From UHGV virus genome UHGV-0020692: a stretch of 51,752 bases of DNA; one strand, given 5' to 3'. Of this stretch, positions 17,839-27,217 are shown piece by piece. Within the stretch, counting starts at the first letter, position 1; each line of letters opens with the position of its first letter. A program made the translations under genes and the position numbers. Source of the DNA: a virus. The notes below the pieces were generated by a model. That model did no database searches. It worked only from the letters and a program-made list of their open reading frames with translations, and was not told where the DNA came from.

Positions 17839-18855
17839 CTAGACCACGCCGGTCATGCTGGCGAAGGCGAAGGGCATGTAGACGATGCCGCCGTAGGTGG
17901 TGCCCACGAACTTCTGGCGGAAACTGGACAGATCGGGGATGACGCGGCCGGAGCGCATTTTTTCGCCAAAGGCCAGCGTGGCGGACTTTTGGCCGCCCAC
18001 CACCGGAGCGATCAGGAAAACGGTCTGGTCGCCGTCCAGGCTCGCCAGCTCGGGAACGATAACGATTTCCAGGCTGGTGAAGTAGCTGTCCAGCATCTTT
18101 TTGACGTTGACGTTGAAGTCCGTCGCGGAGCCCAGATAAGCGTTCATCGCCGGACTCAGACAGAGCTTGAGCGGCGTGGTCTGGTCAATCAGGCCATTGG
18201 ACTGCCCGGCCAGTTCCGCGAACAGAGCCAGGATATCGTCATAGATGGCCTTGGTGGTCTTGTCGGCCCATTTGGTGGAATCCCCCGTACCCGTGGCTCC
18301 TGCCGTGATGGCACTAGGCAGGTTGGGGTCGTTGAAGATGCCGTAAATGGGTTCACCGGCGACACCCAGCAGATAGAATTTGTTGGCATCGATTTCCAGA
18401 CGGGTAGCGGCAGCCCGCTGTTTATCCGATGCCAGATTCAATTTTGCGGCAGAGGCCAGAGCCACTTCCAGATCACCATAGGTAATGGTGGTCTGGAAAC
18501 GATACTGTGCGCGGCTCATCCATTCGTTGTTCACGTCGGACGTGACGCCGTTGGCATAGTCGCTGTATTCCTCGGTGCCGCCCACCATTTCGGAGATGCG
18601 GAACTTGGCATAAGGGGTCGTCCAGTCCCCCTTTTTCTCCTCACGGAACAGGCGACGCGCGTTACGCGGGGCCGTCAGGATTTCAATGACGATGGGGTCG
18701 ATATACGCCGCGAACTCGACGGGCACGGCCGTATTGGGCTGGGTCGCCAGCGCGGCGTCCTGGACGATACGAGCGCGGTTCTCGGGCGTGTTCCAGTCGC
18801 GGGCCCCTTCGAAAACGAAGCCGTACTGTTTGGCCTGGGAAATGGTCAGAGACAT
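17839..18855 (-). CDS. Major capsid protein
   Basis: 338 aa. RBS GAGGAGGTGG. Follows the decoration and scaffold genes. Confidence 0.7.
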   Translation of the reverse strand: MSLTISQAKQYGFVFEGARDWNTPENRARIVQDAALATQPNTAVPVEFAAYIDPIVIEILTAPRNARRLFREEKKGDWTTPYAKFRISEMVGGTEEYSDYANGVTSDVNNEWMSRAQYRFQTTITYGDLEVALASAAKLNLASDKQRAAATRLEIDANKFYLLGVAGEPIYGIFNDPNLPSAITAGATGTGDSTKWADKTTKAIYDDILALFAELAGQSNGLIDQTTPLKLCLSPAMNAYLGSATDFNVNVKKMLDSYFTSLEIVIVPELASLDGDQTVFLIAPVVGGQKSATLAFGEKMRSGRVIPDLSSFRQKFVGTTYGGIVYMPFAFASMTGVV

Positions 18856-18872
18856 TTTTCCACCTCCTCTGA

Positions 18873-19571
18873 CTAAGAAATTTCAAGGTTGGTCTTGGCC
18901 CCTGCGGCATTGGTCGCACCGGTGCCACCGTTAGCCACAGGCAGCGGGCTGTTCTGGGTAGCAAGCGTTCCCAGCCCAAGGTTGGTGCGCGCGCCGTCAG
19001 CCGCCGTCGCACCGGTACCGCCATTGGCAACGGCCAGGGTGCCGGTCACATTGGACAGGTCAACGGTTCCGCCACCACCAGAACCGCCGCTGGACGCCGG
19101 GACGCTCCAGTTGCTGATGATGACCATATCGCCGGCCGCACCGGCGGTCTTAAAGACCCAGCCGGGGCAGGCGATGCCGTTGGAACCCGCAGCGGCAAGG
19201 ATCTTGCCATTGGTCTTGTCCACATAGACCTGGCCGCCCGCAGTGACCGTTTCAGAGGCTTCGACATAGTAGTCACCGCGCACGGCGATGGTGAGCCCCT
19301 GGCCTTCGGGAATGGTCATAGTTGCGCCGTCAAGGACGTTGTAGATGTAGGTGCTGATAACGCGCTCAACGAAGCCCAGGGGGGCAGCGGCTCCGGCAGT
19401 GGTAGCAGTGGCCACACCTGCGGTCGCAGCCGCCCAGCAGAACGTGCCCACCTGCACACCGGCTTCGTCGGCCACATAGTTGATGGGAGTGTAGATGCTC
19501 TGGTCAGGAGTCGCCTTCTGGCCGGGAACAGCCAGAGCGAGATCGGTATCAACTTTCGTCTGAAGCGGCAT
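18873..19571 (-). CDS. Head decoration protein fused to C-terminal Gly-rich fibre repeats (LPVANGGTGAT.A.GA.TNLG)
   Basis: RBS TAGGAGGAG. The N-terminal ~140 aa is decoration-like. The C-terminus carries three tail-fibre-type repeats. Confidence 0.5.
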   Translation of the reverse strand: MPLQTKVDTDLALAVPGQKATPDQSIYTPINYVADEAGVQVGTFCWAAATAGVATATTAGAAAPLGFVERVISTYIYNVLDGATMTIPEGQGLTIAVRGDYYVEASETVTAGGQVYVDKTNGKILAAAGSNGIACPGWVFKTAGAAGDMVIISNWSVPASSGGSGGGGTVDLSNVTGTLAVANGGTGATAADGARTNLGLGTLATQNSPLPVANGGTGATNAAGAKTNLEIS

Positions 19572-19583
19572 AGTGTGCTCCTC

Positions 19584-20987
19584 CTAGGAAATGTCGATGT
19601 TCTTGAGGTTCTGGAAAGCCCCGTCGAATTTGACGGGAGCGGAGTCCTCAGCCAGCGGTTTGAAACCGGACACCTGCTGCCGCAGCAGGATGTCCACCAT
19701 ACCGCGCCAGGCGCTCTTGTCGTACTTACTGGGGTCAATCCCCTTGGTCTTGAGGGTGTGCCCATAGACGGCGGTGGCGCTGTCAAAGCTCATGGGCTCC
19801 AGACTGCCCACCAGGGGACGCACCGCATTCACCGCAGAAAACAGCTCCTGCATATGCTGGCGCGTCTCCTTCACGGCCTGCGCTTTGATGGCGGCGGCAT
19901 CCATCCCCATCGGCTGCTTGCGGCTGCCCTTCGGCTTGGCGTCACCAGCAAACTGATCTTCGCCGTGGTGTTCTTCAAATTTCTGCATCCCTTCCGATTC
20001 ATGCTCACGGTCAAGCTTGCCGGGCTCTTCTTTTTCTTTGCGCTCGCCGAATTTCACCCCCTCAGCGAAGGCCTTCTGGAACTCTTCGTTTTCGGCATCG
20101 ATACCGCACTTGTCCATGGCGTCCTTGTAGGGATTATCGGCAACGGGCGTCTTGTCGCCAGTCGCCTTGGAATACGCGAGGTCCGTCAGGGCATCATTGA
20201 GGCGTTTGAGCTGCTCGGGCTCAAGCTTTCCGGCCAGTTCGCCCACGATTTCGCGGACAGCCTTGGCCTTGTCCTCGTCTTCCATAATGTCCACGACCTC
20301 ACCGGTGTTGGGATCGACCTTGTGCAGGTCGATAATCGCCTGCGCCAGATCCACCTCCTTCTGCTCGATTTCGGGGTCGCCGTCTTTGACGTGCTGCTTG
20401 TTCTCGGCCATAGGTGTCCCTCCTTCTGGCTGTTTGATGTTCTTGTCCGCGACAATCACGTCCGGGCCTGCCCGCCCTTCTTCCACCAGGGCGACGTGAT
20501 TGCCGCGTATGTTCCGCATGACAAAGTCGTAGCTGATCCCTTCGTGGACACCGGGCGTCCAGTCGGGATCATAACGGTACGCGCAGGAGAGCTCCCGATA
20601 TGCGCCGCTCTCCACCGCATCAATGGCTTTTTTGTCCCAGATGGTCAGCGGCGCATCCACATAAGGCGCATTCCAGGCCACTTCCGTGCCGACACTCCCT
20701 ACACGGGTCAGCTTTTGAGGATCGTCCGCGCTATCCACATGGTGCTCGATATGCAGCGGCAGTCCTGCCCATGTCGTCAGGCTTTTTTGCAGTTCGTCCG
20801 GGTCACGGAAGCCGTAGTAGATTTTTTCCGGGTCAAGCCCCCGTTGCTGCCAACCGGGAATTTCGCGTCCATAATAGGGGTTGACTACGGCCTTTGTGAT
20901 ATGACTTGCCCCCACATGCATGTAACCGTTTTCATCCACACTGCGGACGCTCGGCTGGGCGTCGAAGGTCATGTTTTTTTCACGCAT
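19584..20987 (-). CDS. Prohead protease / scaffold protein (DUF2213-like N-terminus, acidic coiled-coil C-terminus)
   Basis: RBS GGAGAG. N-terminal 180 aa conserved, followed by a Glu/Lys-rich scaffold-like region. Confidence 0.55.
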   Translation of the reverse strand: MREKNMTFDAQPSVRSVDENGYMHVGASHITKAVVNPYYGREIPGWQQRGLDPEKIYYGFRDPDELQKSLTTWAGLPLHIEHHVDSADDPQKLTRVGSVGTEVAWNAPYVDAPLTIWDKKAIDAVESGAYRELSCAYRYDPDWTPGVHEGISYDFVMRNIRGNHVALVEEGRAGPDVIVADKNIKQPEGGTPMAENKQHVKDGDPEIEQKEVDLAQAIIDLHKVDPNTGEVVDIMEDEDKAKAVREIVGELAGKLEPEQLKRLNDALTDLAYSKATGDKTPVADNPYKDAMDKCGIDAENEEFQKAFAEGVKFGERKEKEEPGKLDREHESEGMQKFEEHHGEDQFAGDAKPKGSRKQPMGMDAAAIKAQAVKETRQHMQELFSAVNAVRPLVGSLEPMSFDSATAVYGHTLKTKGIDPSKYDKSAWRGMVDILLRQQVSGFKPLAEDSAPVKFDGAFQNLKNIDIS

Positions 20988-20991
20988 GTTT

Positions 20992-22809
20992 TCACTCTCC
21001 GAAAATGGGTATAATTGATCTATAGGTGCAATTGCAGTTGCAACTTACGGTTTTTTCTGCTATATACCATCCTAAAGCCGTTTGGAGGTTATATACATGT
21101 CCCGTAAAATCGACAGCGCGGTTATCGACTACGCGTGCGATGCGGTACGTAGAGGCGTCTTGCTGAAAACGCTTGCGCAAGAGCTCCACGTCAGCACCGA
21201 TGCGTTGAGCCGTCACATTCGGCAAAGAGGTGTCGAAATCCCCAAAACGGGCAAAAAGCCGTTCAAATATTCCCTCCCGAAAAAGGAAATCGTAGCCATG
21301 TACCAAGCTGGCGCAAGTGAAAAGGCTATTGCCGAAAAATTTGGATGTAGCCGTACCATCATTCGCCCCATCCTTGTGCATGCCGGGATTCCCTTGCGCA
21401 GCAAGAGCGAGGCTAGCAAACTCCGCTACCGAAATACGACCAAAGAATACCGGCAAGCGCTCACGGCAGCGGCGCATGAAGCCGTGAAAGGCAGTATCAC
21501 TCGCAAACAAGCCCTTGCGAGAGCCATTTCCAGAGAGCAGAGCGGAAATGAATCCCACCTCGGAGACGGAGAAGCCGAGATCGCACAGCGACTTGATGAG
21601 CTTGGCATTGTCTATGTTCGGCAAAAGGCTGTTGACATCTATAATGTCGATTTTGCCGTCGGTTCCGTCGCCGTGGAAGTCACTTGTGGAACCGTCAAAT
21701 ACCGTGGGGGCAACACCAAGGAGAACAAGCGCATTAAAAAGCTCCTCGAATGTGGGTACAACCCCGTTTGCATCGAGTTCAGTCAAAAAGAGGCTATCCT
21801 GCGCTGTCTTGACGATGTTGTCTCCCACATTCAGGAGGCCCGCCGCTGTCCACCCTTTGGTCGTGAGTATTGGGTGATTCGGTGTCAACGTAAGGATTCC
21901 ACCGTCATCCGTAACGATTTGGGCCAATTTTCCAGCATACCAACGCCTGTACAATTTTTCTGCAAACGGAATGCCGTGCAGCTTTGACCCTCCGGGGAAG
22001 CAGTTCACCAGCTCCCCGGGCAGCACTTTTTTGCCTGCGGCGCTGTCGTACAGCCCCTCGTCCAGCTTGAACCGCTTGCCGTTCATCTGCATATGCGCTT
22101 TGCGGCTGCTCTTGGTTCCCGGCACATGCACCCAGATGCCTTCCGTGATGCCCAACTGTTTGTTCTCTGTGCGCTTGATAGCTTCACATGCTTTGTTGTT
22201 TTGATCCCGGGCTATGGTTTTGGCGCGGTTTCTGGTTATTTCGTACCGTCGGGCCAGCTCCTCTTCCAAAAACGCCACATCCCGCCCCATGCTGACGGAT
22301 CGTTGCACCAGCCCCGTCACCTCATCGAAATATTGCTGCGGGATGGATTTTATCAGGGAGACGTTTTCCGCTATCAACGCTTGGACTGTGTCGTTCATCA
22401 CTCGCCCGGGATCCATTTTGACCGTCATCCCGGCAGCCTTGAACGCCGCACCGTAGGCACTGAGCGTGTGGCGCTGCGCACTGCCCACAAAGTCCCGCGC
22501 GATACGTTCCGCCGACTTTCGCCACCGCCGCTGCCAGTATGCTTGCAGCCGGCGCAATGCCCAAGCCAACCAGTTGGATGGAGTTTCAGAAGGTGTTTCC
22601 GTCGTTCCGCCACCGGTTCCGGGCATGGCGTCTTGTGTGATTCTGGTCTCATTCTTCCGGTAGACGGCACGCAACCACCAGACAGTGGAGCGTTGCATCT
22701 CGTCGATCAGACGCTCAAGTTTTTTCCGGTATGCCGCTTCCACACCGGCATTGGCGTAAACCGGCCACAGGAGCTTATCCATAGACGGCGCCTGCCTTGT
22801 CCATGTCAT
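20992..22809 (-). CDS. Mu F-like / SPP1 gp7-like head morphogenesis protein interrupted by an intein
   Basis: RBS AGGAGGGA then ATG at 22809. Phage_Mu_F-like region ...PGELVN | intein | [14 protein letters not shown]. Confidence 0.7.
   Translation of the reverse strand: MTWTRQAPSMDKLLWPVYANAGVEAAYRKKLERLIDEMQRSTVWWLRAVYRKNETRITQDAMPGTGGGTTETPSETPSNWLAWALRRLQAYWQRRWRKSAERIARDFVGSAQRHTLSAYGAAFKAAGMTVKMDPGRVMNDTVQALIAENVSLIKSIPQQYFDEVTGLVQRSVSMGRDVAFLEEELARRYEITRNRAKTIARDQNNKACEAIKRTENKQLGITEGIWVHVPGTKSSRKAHMQMNGKRFKLDEGLYDSAAGKKVLPGELVNCFPGGSKLHGIPFAEKLYRRWYAGKLAQIVTDDGGILTLTPNHPILTTKGWTAAGLLNVGDNIVKTAQDSLFLTELDANGVVPTFEELFNALVLLGVAPTVFDGSTSDFHGDGTDGKIDIIDVNSLLPNIDNAKLIKSLCDLGFSVSEVGFISALLSGNGSRKGLFASDTAFHGFMRRCRERLPVFFGRISVAEFASLALAAQGNPGMHKDGANDGTATSKFFGNSLFTCASLVHGYDFLFREGIFERLFARFGDFDTSLPNVTAQRIGADVELLRKRFQQDASTYRIARVVDNRAVDFTGHVYNLQTALGWYIAEKTVSCNCNCTYRSIIPIFGE
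21038..21066 (+). promoter_or_regulatory. Sigma70-like promoter TTGCAA-17-TATATA for the antisense nested gene
   Basis: -35 at 21038..21043 and -10 at 21061..21066. An RBS GGAGG lies 8 nt before the ATG at 21097. Confidence 0.5.
21097..21987 (+). CDS. HTH plus DUF559/Vsr-like (PD-(D/E)XK) endonuclease-domain protein, encoded antisense inside the intein
   Basis: Strong RBS. HTH segment [21 protein letters not shown]-terminus [35 protein letters not shown]...Y......[19 protein letters not shown] fits the DUF559 pattern. Confidence 0.6.
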   Translation: MSRKIDSAVIDYACDAVRRGVLLKTLAQELHVSTDALSRHIRQRGVEIPKTGKKPFKYSLPKKEIVAMYQAGASEKAIAEKFGCSRTIIRPILVHAGIPLRSKSEASKLRYRNTTKEYRQALTAAAHEAVKGSITRKQALARAISREQSGNESHLGDGEAEIAQRLDELGIVYVRQKAVDIYNVDFAVGSVAVEVTCGTVKYRGGNTKENKRIKKLLECGYNPVCIEFSQKEAILRCLDDVVSHIQEARRCPPFGREYWVIRCQRKDSTVIRNDLGQFSSIPTPVQFFCKRNAVQL

Positions 22810-24322
22810 CCAGAGGCGCTCCCTCCTGGCGCACCAAAGCATCCGGCATGGGGGGGAGCTCTCCAACATCAATATGGCTGTACCCGCTATGCTGATCATC
22901 AGCCAGGGATTGGCGCACCTCCTCTACGGAGAGCGTCCCCCTGTCCATGTAGACCGCAGCCGTATCCGCCTTAACCTTCTGAATCTCAGCCTGGAGTTTT
23001 TTGTCCTCCTCCCCGAGTTTGTTGAAGGTGAAAGAAATTGTTGGGTCAATGCGCCCCGTCAAATGAAGTTGCAGGCAGTCCAACACCGTTTTGAGGGGGG
23101 CGAGCATCATTTTCTGCTGCCGTGTCGCGATATGGTCGTAGTAGTTCCTAATGTCGCTTTCCCCCGTAGCATTGAAACCGGATGGGGAAATGCCCAGCAA
23201 CTTGACCGCAGGGGTCCGGTTGACAGCCGCCAAAAACTCCAAGGCCTGACGCACAATGTCTGTCACCCCTGAAAGCGGTGTCTCCAGCTTCACAACATCC
23301 TCGGCTTCTTTGTCCACAACGAGCACTCCGTCATTGCTCATGTTCTGGATCATGTACTTGATACGGCAATCCAGGTTCGATGCCTCTTGGGGGCCCAGCT
23401 TGCCGAGGCTGTCAAACATGTTCGTTTTGAAAACGGTCATGGAAAATTTTTTCAACAGCCGGTTTTCAGCCGCACGGCACTCCTGGAAGTGCAGGACGTA
23501 ATCCCAAAGGATCTGGGCTTGCGGGATGCCCAGGAAGTTGTAGGCAGGTTTGAGCAGGATAGGGACCTCATTGCCGACGACGCGCAGCAGGCGCGAGGCA
23601 TGGACCCGCTGCCCCAGCACCCACCATTCCGTAGGTGCGTAGTAGTTCGGCTGGAGAGGATTCAGCGAGTTGTAATTCCCGGGGAAGCAGTTGACCGGAT
23701 CAATGACGACAAAACGTAAATTCTTTTCCTGCCCCAGCTCGCCAGAGTTCGGGGAAATATCCAAGGGGTCCCGCAAAGTGTCGCCAGTGGCCCCGGTATC
23801 GATAAAGAGGAACGCGCCCCCCTCGTAGCCCGCCAGCTCAACGGCCTCCGCGAAATGTTCCTTTACCCGCATCCTGGACATAAGCCCCGTCAATTCCGCC
23901 AGCAGGTTGTTATCAGCCCCCTGCACAGCGTCTCCTTCACGTTGCAGCGTGATCCATTCACGGGTCATGTCATCGGCCACCGTGGAAATGCAGGCGCGCA
24001 CAAGCCCATTCTGGGCGATGTTCTGCAATGCCCCGTAGCCCATGAACTGCGGGAAGACCCCCATCCCCATTTGCAGCGTATGCTGCAACAGGGAATAGAC
24101 GCCGGTGTCGGCTAGTGCGCTATCCAAGGCAAGCCGGACCTCCTCTTTGCATCCCAGCGTCCGGGGTGGTGCGTACCGCTGCCGCACGTCCTCGATCGTC
24201 AGAGAGGCGGAAGGCGTGGCCGCCGCAATGGCAGGGAAATGCGTCATTTCAGCCAGCAGCTCTGGAGAAACAACGGCCCCCCGGTTGGTGCCCCGAAGCC
24301 GCGATTTGCTTTTTTTGCTCAC
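22775..24322 (-). CDS. Portal protein (DUF935 / Mu gp29-like)
   Basis: 515 aa. GTG start overlapping the terminase stop. Follows the large terminase. Confidence 0.8.
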   Translation of the reverse strand: MSKKSKSRLRGTNRGAVVSPELLAEMTHFPAIAAATPSASLTIEDVRQRYAPPRTLGCKEEVRLALDSALADTGVYSLLQHTLQMGMGVFPQFMGYGALQNIAQNGLVRACISTVADDMTREWITLQREGDAVQGADNNLLAELTGLMSRMRVKEHFAEAVELAGYEGGAFLFIDTGATGDTLRDPLDISPNSGELGQEKNLRFVVIDPVNCFPGNYNSLNPLQPNYYAPTEWWVLGQRVHASRLLRVVGNEVPILLKPAYNFLGIPQAQILWDYVLHFQECRAAENRLLKKFSMTVFKTNMFDSLGKLGPQEASNLDCRIKYMIQNMSNDGVLVVDKEAEDVVKLETPLSGVTDIVRQALEFLAAVNRTPAVKLLGISPSGFNATGESDIRNYYDHIATRQQKMMLAPLKTVLDCLQLHLTGRIDPTISFTFNKLGEEDKKLQAEIQKVKADTAAVYMDRGTLSVEEVRQSLADDQHSGYSHIDVGELPPMPDALVRQEGAPLDDMDKAGAVYG

Positions 24323-25788
24323 ATCATCCTCCCGAACATGGCGCCGCGCCGCAGGATACTGGGATCCACAGTCAGGGTTTTGGCCGTCTGCATGTCACGC
24401 AGAGCCTGAGTTGTCGCATCCACCTGGTCATCATGGGCAGCGGCCGGGAACTGGGTCAGCTCGGCCACATACTCAGAGACCCAACCACATACGGATGGAT
24501 GCGGGATGTGGACGTTACCGGCCTCAAAGTACGTTGTGACCGCATGAGCCCGCGCAACCTTGCTGCCATCGGGCTCGACAGGGATGATTCCCGGCACTGT
24601 ATTCCGCAGGCAATCGATGACCGCCGGGCCATTGGCCTTGTCTTCCACGAGCTTGCGCTGGGCCTGCGGCCATTTTCGGGCCAAAGCCTGGAATGCTGCC
24701 AATGTCGCTGTAAAACCCATACGTCCGCGCACCTGGTCGAGAAGATAAAAATTCGCTCCGGCTTTCCCCCACACTTGTCCCACGACGAAGTCGGAATCAT
24801 CCCCGTCCTTGAAGGTCATGTCCCAACTGATGAGCATCCGCTCGAAGTTCTGCGGCAAATCTTTCGGCAGCCAGAAGCGCAACCACTCGGCTTTGAAGAT
24901 GCCCCCACCATCGGGGGTGGGATGCTGCTGATAGAGCGCCTCCCAGTCCCGGGAACCGATGGCCGCCCGGATGGCGTGCAGCTGCTCCAGCGGGTAGCGT
25001 TCTGGGTGCAGGGCTTCGCCCGCCTTGCGGTGCGTCTCGTCCTGCTCGGCGATGGCCGGGAAATTCACCACGCGCCATTGATCCCCCTCTCCCATGCGCG
25101 CTGCCTCCAGGAGCCTCCCGGCCAGGTCATCCATATGCCAGCGCGTCTGGATGACGATGATGCCGCCCCCCGGCGCCAGCCGCGTGTAAAGCGTGGAGGT
25201 GTACCAGTCCCACACCCGGTTGCGGATGGTAGGAGAATCCGCCTCGGCCCGGTCTTTGATGGGGTCGTCGATAAGGATGACGTCCCCTCCCATACCGGTG
25301 ATGCCGCCGCCCACGCCCGCCGAGCGGTAGACGCCCCGATGTCCGACGACCTCAAAAAGATCAGAGTTGCGCATGTAGGCCCCTGATGCCACGGTGCGGA
25401 TATTTTTCCCGTAAAGGCGCGTCCCGGGAAAAATCTCAATGTAGGCCTCATCATCGATGACACGCTGCACGTCGCGGTTCATCCTGCTCGCAAGATCAGC
25501 GCTGTAGCTGGTGGCGATGATGGACAAGTCAGGATAGCGCCCCAGGGCATAGGCCGGAAAACGGCGGGAGGCTATCTCGCTTTTGCCGTGACGGGGAGGC
25601 ATGGTCAGCAGCAGACGTGGCGACGCTTTACGCTGCACAGCAGCCAAAAATGCATCCAGTTCGGCACAAACCTCTTCGTGGACCCATCCCATCAAATAAC
25701 CGGGGCATGTCGCATAGACGAACCCCACGAGAGACTGCCGGGCGAGCTCTATTTGCAACGCATGGAGCTGGCTCTGTGTCAGTTGCAT
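24319..25788 (-). CDS. Terminase large subunit
   Basis: 489 aa. Walker-like GKS and a nuclease C-terminal region. RBS GGGGGGGA. Confidence 0.85.
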   Translation of the reverse strand: MQLTQSQLHALQIELARQSLVGFVYATCPGYLMGWVHEEVCAELDAFLAAVQRKASPRLLLTMPPRHGKSEIASRRFPAYALGRYPDLSIIATSYSADLASRMNRDVQRVIDDEAYIEIFPGTRLYGKNIRTVASGAYMRNSDLFEVVGHRGVYRSAGVGGGITGMGGDVILIDDPIKDRAEADSPTIRNRVWDWYTSTLYTRLAPGGGIIVIQTRWHMDDLAGRLLEAARMGEGDQWRVVNFPAIAEQDETHRKAGEALHPERYPLEQLHAIRAAIGSRDWEALYQQHPTPDGGGIFKAEWLRFWLPKDLPQNFERMLISWDMTFKDGDDSDFVVGQVWGKAGANFYLLDQVRGRMGFTATLAAFQALARKWPQAQRKLVEDKANGPAVIDCLRNTVPGIIPVEPDGSKVARAHAVTTYFEAGNVHIPHPSVCGWVSEYVAELTQFPAAAHDDQVDATTQALRDMQTAKTLTVDPSILRRGAMFGRMM

Positions 25789-26295
25789 CTATCCCCCCCG
25801 GAAAGCGCTGCGTGCCAGCTCTGCGATTTCAGCGGGCCCCATGCCGCTGATGTCCAAGGTCATGGACGATTGCACCGGCCCACCATCCGGGCCGGAGATT
25901 TCAGCCCTCACCTTGTCCGTGAAGAGGCCCAGATGCTTGCCCAGCAGTTCCAGCGCGCGGTTTGCCCCCTTGGCGTCGAACGTCCACACGGCCCGGCCCT
26001 CTTCATCCGAGACCTGCTGGCCCTTGCGGTCCAGGACCGGCGCGCGCTGCATGGTGCGCTCCACGACCTCCACGAGATTCGAGAGGACATAATCCTGCGT
26101 CACCTCGACGCGCCGGGCACGTTGGGCCTGCGCCGCAGCCACGGCTCTCTGGATTTCAACATTTTTCAACAACCGCTGACCAACGGAATAGGCCGTCCGC
26201 TCGCTGTAGCCTGCACGGATAGCAGCCTGCGTGGCGTTTAAATCCACCAGGTATTCCCGCACGAACGCGGTCTGCTTATCCGTCAGTTTTGGCAT
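25789..26295 (-). CDS. Terminase small subunit
   Basis: 168 aa. N-terminal HTH-like KQTAFVREYLVDLNATQAAIRAGYS. RBS GAGGAGG. Confidence 0.7.
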   Translation of the reverse strand: MPKLTDKQTAFVREYLVDLNATQAAIRAGYSERTAYSVGQRLLKNVEIQRAVAAAQAQRARRVEVTQDYVLSNLVEVVERTMQRAPVLDRKGQQVSDEEGRAVWTFDAKGANRALELLGKHLGLFTDKVRAEISGPDGGPVQSSMTLDISGMGPAEIAELARSAFRGG

Positions 26296-26437
26296 CCTTG
26301 GCCTCCTCAGCCTTGATTTTTCCGGTCATCACCGGGCATTCGATTTCCTCATTTCCGCAGGCCACCCGGCAGCCATTCCGGCCCAGGTACGGGCAGCCCG
26401 TGGGGCAGCAGCTCACATGGTCACACGCTGGACGCAT
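26276..26437 (-). CDS. Small Cys-rich protein (53 aa) upstream of the terminase genes
   Basis: RBS GGGGGAGA then ATG (MRPACDHVSCCPTGCPYLGRNGCRVAC...). Confidence 0.25.
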   Translation of the reverse strand: MRPACDHVSCCPTGCPYLGRNGCRVACGNEEIECPVMTGKIKAEEAKDAKTDG

Positions 26438-26645
26438 TTCTCCCCCCGAAAAATCCCACAGTACGCCACGCGATACGTCGGCCCTGCCCTGCTGCTCCGC
26501 CCGGCTCCCCGCTAGGGGCGACCACGCTCCGGCGTCGATTGCGTGGCCCATTCAAAAAGGCGACCGTTTTCCCGTTACCCCGCTGCGTGCGGGCGATCGG
26601 CGGCCGGGGGGCGTGCCGCCGCGTGGCTCTCTACAAAAAAATCCC

Positions 26646-26903
26646 CTACCCCTTCCTTTCCCGTTCCGCTTCCAGGCGGGTCAGACGGCGCTCATGGTCA
26701 TCGGTACGGCGAAAGAACTCCCGGTGGTCGCGGGCGTTACCGTCACGGTTGGCAAAGGCCATGATGCATCCCTCACGATGCACCTCCAGGGCGTCCAGCT
26801 TGTCGCTGATGCGCTTGAAGCAATAGCCGCCCACCCCCAGCAGCAACCCCCAGAGCCCGGCGACCACGCCCAGCAGGACGGTGATGAAATCCCCGTTGTC
26901 CAT
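26646..26903 (-). CDS. Lysis-cassette membrane protein (holin or spanin-like, one TM helix)
   Basis: RBS AGGAGGGGG. N-terminal TM FITVLLGVVAGLWGLLLGVGGY then a charged C-terminus. Confidence 0.45.
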   Translation of the reverse strand: MDNGDFITVLLGVVAGLWGLLLGVGGYCFKRISDKLDALEVHREGCIMAFANRDGNARDHREFFRRTDDHERRLTRLEAERERKG

Positions 26904-26911
26904 GCCCCCTC

Positions 26912-27217
26912 CTAAAAATCCATGACCGACGCGAGCCAGTCGGCGCCAGCCGCCGAGAAATCACGCATAGCCGCCAGAGGATTGCCGGGGATGAGCCCCG
27001 GCACTATGGCGTCCACCAGAACGGCCAGCCCAAAGAGGGACAGCAGGATGACCCCCACATAGCCTGCGACATAACGGGGGGCGACGCGGCCACGGGAGAA
27101 AGCGCGGGCCTCTTCGAGCTCCGCCTCGGCCCGCAGTTCATCGGCGCGTGTGGACGGCCAGAGCTTGTCCAGCAGCGGAGCCAGGAACGGCAGGAGTTTG
27201 GTCAGGAAGGCCCACAT
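26912..27217 (-). CDS. Lysis-cassette membrane protein (holin or spanin-like)
   Basis: TAATG coupling to the endolysin. Two hydrophobic segments flank a coiled-coil. Confidence 0.45.
   Translation of the reverse strand: MWAFLTKLLPFLAPLLDKLWPSTRADELRAEAELEEARAFSRGRVAPRYVAGYVGVILLSLFGLAVLVDAIVPGLIPGNPLAAMRDFSAAGADWLASVMDF

Larger units (their letters stand above)
21037..22002 (-). other. Intein (about 322 aa) inside the head morphogenesis protein
   Basis: Hint block [11 protein letters not shown]. Block [15 protein letters not shown]...LNVGDNI. C-terminal blocks [21 protein letters not shown] followed by Cys at +1. Confidence 0.6.

Noticed and set aside
19575-21014. 479-aa plus-strand ORF antisense to the protease/scaffold gene
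   Set aside because: Leu/Val/Gly/His-rich with no RBS or promoter. In contrast, the antisense ORF inside the intein has both expression signals and domain signatures.
21300-21800. Canonical LAGLIDADG homing-endonuclease domain inside the intein (minus strand)
   Set aside because: Only weak, degenerate matches ([12 protein letters not shown]). The stronger nuclease signature is the DUF559-like domain on the opposite strand. Kept as an open question in the findings.
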